DNA from: Polyangiales bacterium
GTDB lineage: Bacteria > Myxococcota_A > Polyangia > Polyangiales > Polyangiaceae
NCBI GenBank assembly: GCA_038231275.1
Contig: JBBRLQ010000011.1
Span: 64,001 to 128,000, forward strand
Length of the DNA: 64,000 bases
Direction: 5' to 3'
Positions 59,491-64,000 of the stretch are shown here, piece after piece; position 1 is the stretch's first letter; every line of letters begins with the position of its first letter. Both the position numbers and the translations under genes were made by a program. Under the pieces are notes generated by a model. That model was not told where the DNA came from, did not search any database, and saw only the letters and a program-made list of their open reading frames with translations.

Positions 59491-60075
59491 ATGCAAATTC
59501 GTCGTCACAGGCTCGCTCCGGTTGCTCCCGTCGCGCTGGTCGCTCCGGTCGCCCTGGCCGCCGCGCTCCTGTCGTGGGCGTCGCCGTCGAGCGCGTCGTC
59601 GATTTTTCCGGGCGAGGTCCAGTCGCACCTCGGCCTCAAGACCATTCCGGTGTGCACGCTCTGCCACGCCAGCCTCTCGGGCGGCACCGGCACCGCGATC
59701 AAGCCCTTCGCCGTCACGCTGCGCGCCAACGGCGCCGTCGCCGGGAGCACGAGCTCGGTCGATGCCGCGCTCGACGCGATGGCGAGCAAGGGCACCGACA
59801 GCGACGGCGACTGCGTGGGCGACATCGACGAGCTCAAGGCCGGGACCGATCCCGACAACGGCGCCGACAACCCCGGCTCGTGCGACGGCGGCGCGCATGA
59901 CGGCGGTTCGAGCAGCGGAGCTCCCGCGATGCCGCTCACCCCCGAATACGGATGCGCCGCCGCGCCGCGCACCGACAGCTCGGGCTCTGGCGGACCCGCG
60001 CCGTTCGCGATCCTCGCCTCGCTCGGCGCGTGGGTCGTCCTCCGTCGCGGCCGCCGCGTGGAGCGCAGGCCGTGA
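59491..60075 (+). CDS. Exported CxxCH protein with Ca-binding DxDxD motif and MYXO-CTERM-like tail
   Basis: Signal peptide; CTLCHASLSGG; DSDGDCVGDIDELKAGTDP; EYGCAAAP...FAILASLGAWVVLRRGRR. Confidence 0.75.
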   Translation: MQIRRHRLAPVAPVALVAPVALAAALLSWASPSSASSIFPGEVQSHLGLKTIPVCTLCHASLSGGTGTAIKPFAVTLRANGAVAGSTSSVDAALDAMASKGTDSDGDCVGDIDELKAGTDPDNGADNPGSCDGGAHDGGSSSGAPAMPLTPEYGCAAAPRTDSSGSGGPAPFAILASLGAWVVLRRGRRVERRP

Positions 60076-60091
60076 ACCTCTCTCGGGCACC

Positions 60092-61027
60092 ATGGCCGAT
60101 CTGAAGGTCCGCGTCATTTTGAACCCGACCGCCGCGTCGGGGCGCGCCCTCGGCAAGGTCGCGGACATCGAGGCCGCGCTTCGGCGCTACGATCTCGCCT
60201 CGGAGATCGTGCTGACGCGCGCGCGCGGACACGCCGCCGAGCTCGCACGCGCGGCCGCCGCCGATGGGATCGACGTCGTCGCGATCGCGGGCGGCGACGG
60301 GACGATCAACGAGGTGATGCAAGCGTACGTCTCGCCCGACGGCGACGTCGTGTCAGGGCCCGATCTCGCGCTCGTCCCGTGCGGCACCGGCGGCGACTTC
60401 CGCCGGACCTTCGGCATGAGCGGCGCGCTCGACGAGGCCATCGCGCGAATTCGCCACGGCGCGCGCCGCCCCGTCGACCTCGGCATCCTGCGCTTCGTTT
60501 CCCACGCCGGCGGCGACGCGGTCCGCGCGTTCGTGAACATCGCGAGCTTCGGTTTGCCCGGTCAGGTCGTCGCCGTCGTGAACGAGACGCCGAAGTGGCT
60601 CGGTGGCCGCGCCTCGTTCCTCGCCGGGACGCTCCGCGCGATGGCCGGCTACAAGAACGCGAGCGTGCGCATCAAGGTCGACGGCGCGGCGTGGCACGAG
60701 GGCCCCGTCGCCACCGTCGCGATCGCCAACGGCCGCTACTTCGGCGGCGGCATGATGATCGCCCCCCACGCCGATCCGTCCGACGGACGCCTCGAGCTGG
60801 TGATGCTCGGCGATCTCTCGCGACGCGAGCTGCTCGGCCTCACCGGCAAGGTCTACCGCGGCGCGCACCTCGCGGCGGACGGCGTGCGCGTGACGAGCGG
60901 CGCCACAATAGAGGCAGAGGCGGTCCACCCTTGGGCCAGCGTCCTCGTCGACGTGGACGGCGAGCAGCCCGGAAAGCTCCCCCTCCGCGCGACGCTCGCG
61001 AAGGGCGCTCTCCTGTTTCGCGTCTAG
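60092..61027 (+). CDS. Diacylglycerol/lipid kinase family (YegS/DgkB-like)
   Basis: ILNPTAASG, AGGDGTINEV, PCGTGGDF, NGRYFGGGM, DVDGE. Confidence 0.92.
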   Translation: MADLKVRVILNPTAASGRALGKVADIEAALRRYDLASEIVLTRARGHAAELARAAAADGIDVVAIAGGDGTINEVMQAYVSPDGDVVSGPDLALVPCGTGGDFRRTFGMSGALDEAIARIRHGARRPVDLGILRFVSHAGGDAVRAFVNIASFGLPGQVVAVVNETPKWLGGRASFLAGTLRAMAGYKNASVRIKVDGAAWHEGPVATVAIANGRYFGGGMMIAPHADPSDGRLELVMLGDLSRRELLGLTGKVYRGAHLAADGVRVTSGATIEAEAVHPWASVLVDVDGEQPGKLPLRATLAKGALLFRV

Positions 61028-61113
61028 AGCAACGACTTCTGCTCTGATCCGGCACGAATTTTGGGAAATTACGGCCTTTGACAAACCGCGCACGGGTGCG
61101 AGATGATTTCCCC

Positions 61114-61377
61114 ATGCCGCTCATCGAGACCGAAGAGGCCGCCCGTCGCCTAGCACGCGCCATCGCGAGTGATCTTTCCCTCTACAACGAAGAGAAGATC
61201 GTCAACGGGGTGACCCACGACAACCTCTTCGAGACGCTCTCCGAGGAGATCGAGGAGGGCCGCGCGCTCTTCAAGCGGCGCGTGTCGCCGGAGCTCTATC
61301 CGAAGAACTATTACGACCGGGCGCTCGTCGACATCCTCGTCAAGGCCAAAGGACACATCAAGAGCAAGCTCTGGTAG
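61114..61377 (+). CDS. romX: RomX-like polarity protein (partner of RomR in the MglA GEF complex)
   Basis: 87 aa; RRLARAIASDLSLYNEEKI..DNLFE.L.EEIEEGR....RVS...KSKLW resembles M. xanthus RomX as I recall it; TTGACA-18-GATGAT-6-ATG upstream. Confidence 0.72.
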   Translation: MPLIETEEAARRLARAIASDLSLYNEEKIVNGVTHDNLFETLSEEIEEGRALFKRRVSPELYPKNYYDRALVDILVKAKGHIKSKLW

Positions 61378-61388
61378 CGCCGCCGCGG

Positions 61389-62351
61389 GTGGTGCTCGTC
61401 GTCCTTCGCGACGCGGCGGGGCAGCGGCTCGATCGCTTTCTGGCCGCGGCGATGACGGGGGCAGAGCTCGCGCCATCGCGAGCGGAGCTGCAGCGTTGGA
61501 TCGAGCTGGGGCGCGTCACGGTGGACGGCGCCGTGAAGCGCGCGTCCGACAAAGTTCGGGCGGGGTCCGAGGTCGTCGTCGTACCGGCGCCTCCACCGAA
61601 GACGGCGGCCGAGGGCGAGACGGGCATCGCCTTCGAGGTGCTCTACCAAGACGACGCGCTCCTCGTCGTCGACAAGCCGGCGGGCCTCGTCGTTCACCCT
61701 GCGAAGGGGCACGCGACGGGGACGCTCGTGAACGGCCTCCTGGGCATGGGCGTCTTCCGGAGCCTCGACGCGCTCGGCGACGATCGCCCGGGGATCGTGC
61801 ATCGCCTGGACAAGGGCACGAGCGGCGTCATGGTCGTGGCGAGGACGAGCGAGGCGCGCGAGGGCTTGAAAGAGCAGTTCGCCGCGCACACGATCGAGCG
61901 CGCATACGAGGCCATTTGCGTGGGCGACGTCGCGGCGCGGACGATCGCGACGCTCCACGGACGGCACCCCACCGATCGCGTGAAGTTCTCGTCGAAGGTG
62001 GCGAACGGCAAGCGCGCCGTCACCCACGTCGCGGTGATCGCGCGGCTCCACGACGGCCTCGCGACCCACGTGCGGTGCACCCTCGAGACCGGACGCACGC
62101 ACCAGATCCGCGTGCACCTCGCGGAGGCGGGGACGCCGGTCCTCGCCGATCCGCTGTACGGCAAGGCGCCGAAGTCGCCGCTCCTCCGCGAGATCGCCGA
62201 GGCGCTCGGTCATCAAGCCCTGCACGCGCGCGTGCTCGGCTTCGTGCACCCGATCAGCGATCGGAAGATGCGCTTCGAGGCTCCGCCGCCGGCGGACTTT
62301 GGGTCGGCGCTTTCTGCTCTCCAGCGAGCAGACCCGGATGCGCCCGCTTGA
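61389..62351 (+). CDS. RluA/RluD family pseudouridine synthase with S4 domain
   Basis: QRLDRFLA, VVDKPAGLVVHP, IVHRLDKGTSG, LETGRTHQIRVH, QALHA. Confidence 0.95.
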   Translation: MVLVVLRDAAGQRLDRFLAAAMTGAELAPSRAELQRWIELGRVTVDGAVKRASDKVRAGSEVVVVPAPPPKTAAEGETGIAFEVLYQDDALLVVDKPAGLVVHPAKGHATGTLVNGLLGMGVFRSLDALGDDRPGIVHRLDKGTSGVMVVARTSEAREGLKEQFAAHTIERAYEAICVGDVAARTIATLHGRHPTDRVKFSSKVANGKRAVTHVAVIARLHDGLATHVRCTLETGRTHQIRVHLAEAGTPVLADPLYGKAPKSPLLREIAEALGHQALHARVLGFVHPISDRKMRFEAPPPADFGSALSALQRADPDAPA

Positions 62352-63270
62352 GGAGCGACAGCGCGACGAAGCCGACCAGCACAGCGAACCATAGCGTCGC
62401 GAAGCGGACCAGGATCATCGCGGCGGTGCTCGCGGTCTCCGGCACCTTGCCGAGGTTCATGAGCTGCTCCTGGAGCGCCCCCTCGGTCACGCCGAGACCG
62501 CCCGGCACCGGCACCAGCGCCCCGGCCAGCGTGCTGGTCGCATAGAAAAACATGCAGAGTGCAACGCTCGTGGACTGTCCGAATCCCTGGAGAATGACCC
62601 ACAGGCTCAAGCACTCCAGCGACCACGCGACGATCGAGAGGAGCGTCGGCAGCACGAGGTTCTGCGGCTTCAGCATCGTCGCCAGGCTGTCGTACGACGC
62701 GTGGAGCTTGGGGCCGATCTTACCGAGCTTGCCCGGCAGCTTCTCGACGAGCCCGATGATCCCCATCGAGAGGCTACGCGAGGCGATGACGACGATGAGC
62801 GACGTCACGAGGAACGCGCCGACGCCCGCCCACAAGAGGCCACCCGAGAAGCCCAGCGACCCGACGACGATGAGGACGATGATGCCGATGAGATCCGTGA
62901 CGCGTTCGGCGATGACGATCGGGGCGGTCTTGGCGATGGGGACCCCGTGCGTCTCCTGGAGGACGAGCGACTTGAAGACCTCGCCGACCTTGCCGGGCGT
63001 CACGGTGAGGACGAAGCCGGAGAGGAACGTGAGGAAGCTGTCCCACTTGGGGATGCCGCGGATGGAGAGGCGGGCGAGGTAGAACTCCCACTTGAGGAAG
63101 CGGAGCACGTAGTTCCCGAACGCGAGCGCGCAGGCGGCGGCGAACGACCACCACTGGAACGTGCGGAGGACGCCCTCCATCTTGTCGACGCCGCGGTACA
63201 CGGCGAAGGCGCCGTAGACGGCGACGCCGAGGAGCATGACGACGAGGACGCGGCGGAGGTTCTGCTTCAC
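62254..63270 (-). CDS. Lysylphosphatidylglycerol synthase TM (flippase-like, UPF0104) protein
   Basis: GTG63270; NYVLRFLKW, TPGKVGEVFK, AERVTD, PGGLGVTEG, RFATLW. Confidence 0.88.
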   Translation of the reverse strand: MKQNLRRVLVVMLLGVAVYGAFAVYRGVDKMEGVLRTFQWWSFAAACALAFGNYVLRFLKWEFYLARLSIRGIPKWDSFLTFLSGFVLTVTPGKVGEVFKSLVLQETHGVPIAKTAPIVIAERVTDLIGIIVLIVVGSLGFSGGLLWAGVGAFLVTSLIVVIASRSLSMGIIGLVEKLPGKLGKIGPKLHASYDSLATMLKPQNLVLPTLLSIVAWSLECLSLWVILQGFGQSTSVALCMFFYATSTLAGALVPVPGGLGVTEGALQEQLMNLGKVPETASTAAMILVRFATLWFAVLVGFVALSLLKRAHPGLLAGEQKAPTQSPPAAEPRSASSDR

Positions 63271-63470
63271 GCGCGCTTCCTTCGGCGGAGGAGCCCTGCG
63301 CGGCGCGCAGCGTAGGCCGCGGCGAGGACCACGATCGCGGCGATCGCGACGAAGAACGCCCACCGCGGCGCCTCCCACACTCCGCGCGCGAGGCCGGGCT
63401 CGGGGCGGCGAACCGGCGCTTCGGTCGTCGCCGTGGTCGACGCGGCGTCGGCGGGCGCGGCGAAGGTCAT
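63267..63470 (-). CDS. Small membrane protein
   Basis: One TM (WAFFVAIAAIVVLAAAYA) and basic tail; stop overlaps next GTG; GAGG SD. Confidence 0.55.
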   Translation of the reverse strand: MTFAAPADAASTTATTEAPVRRPEPGLARGVWEAPRWAFFVAIAAIVVLAAAYAARRAGLLRRRKRA

Positions 63471-63593
63471 GGGCTGGCCTCGATCACGCGCCGACGTCTA
63501 GCACATCCGCACGCCAAAGCAGCAGGGCGGCAAAGCGATCATTCGCGGCGTTCGCTTTGACACGGCCGCGGTCGACGTGAAAACCTTCGAGGC

Positions 63594-64000
63594 CTGAGCA
63601 CCCCCACAATCCCCCAGCAGGACCAGGGCCGCGACCGCGTCGGCGAGCCCAAGAACGACGTCGAGCTCCTCGAGCTCGCCCACGGCGCCAGCAAGAAATT
63701 GCACGACGCCATCGGTGCGCGCGTCATCGGCCAGGAGCAGGTCATCGAGCTAATGCTCGTGGCGCTCCTGTCGCGCGGGCACGCGCTCCTCGTCGGCGTG
63801 CCGGGCCTCGCCAAGACGCTGCTCGTCGCCTCGCTCGCCGAAGCGCTGGACCTGTCCTTCGGTCGCGTGCAGTTTACGCCCGATCTCCTGCCCGCCGACA
63901 TCACCGGCACCGACGTGCTCCAAGAGGAGGACGACGGGCAGGGCGGGGTTCGGCGCCGCGTGCGGTTCCTCGCCGGCCCGATCTTCCACAGCCTGGTCCT
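63594..64000 (+). CDS. MoxR family AAA ATPase, N-terminal part (runs off window end)
   Basis: Manual translation: VIGQEQVIELMLVALLSRGHALLVGVPGLAKTLLV...FGRVQFTPDLLPADITG; start unclear (in-frame stop 63558-60; CTG63594 or TTG63699). Confidence 0.92.
   Translation, partial: MSTPTIPQQDQGRDRVGEPKNDVELLELAHGASKKLHDAIGARVIGQEQVIELMLVALLSRGHALLVGVPGLAKTLLVASLAEALDLSFGRVQFTPDLLPADITGTDVLQEEDDGQGGVRRRVRFLAGPIFHSLV

Overview
GC-rich chromosomal window from a myxobacterium, most likely Polyangiales/Polyangiaceae (inferred from gene content: RomX-like, TIGR02266 PilZ, Glt-like cluster, MYXO-CTERM-type tail, kinase-TPR/PEGA cassette). I saw no tRNA, rRNA, CRISPR array or mobile element. The backbone is housekeeping: prs-rplY-pth, rpsF-rpsR-rplI-dnaB, era-der, mazG, rlmN, lgt, rluD-like. 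Accessory modules are: (i) a Ser/Thr kinase-TPR/PEGA-Cys-rich lipoprotein cassette between pth and rpsF; (ii) an ECF sigma/zinc anti-sigma pair divergent from a ~16 kb trans-envelope locus, in which a Glt/Nfs-like machinery (GltD/E/F/F/G-like plus a degenerate TolQ/AglR-like gene) is followed directly by an outer-membrane beta-barrel and two short OPX polysaccharide export lipoproteins; (iii) a Fur/PerR-rubrerythrin-FeS oxidoreductase-DUF3501 operon extended by a split membrane spermidine-synthase-like pair; (iv) a CxxCH porin-like plus CxxCH surface protein pair. Many transcription units have a -10-like element only 6-11 nt before the start codon, which suggests frequent leaderless translation. 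All family assignments come from reading motifs by eye, not from database searches. Several start codons were moved from the ORF track.
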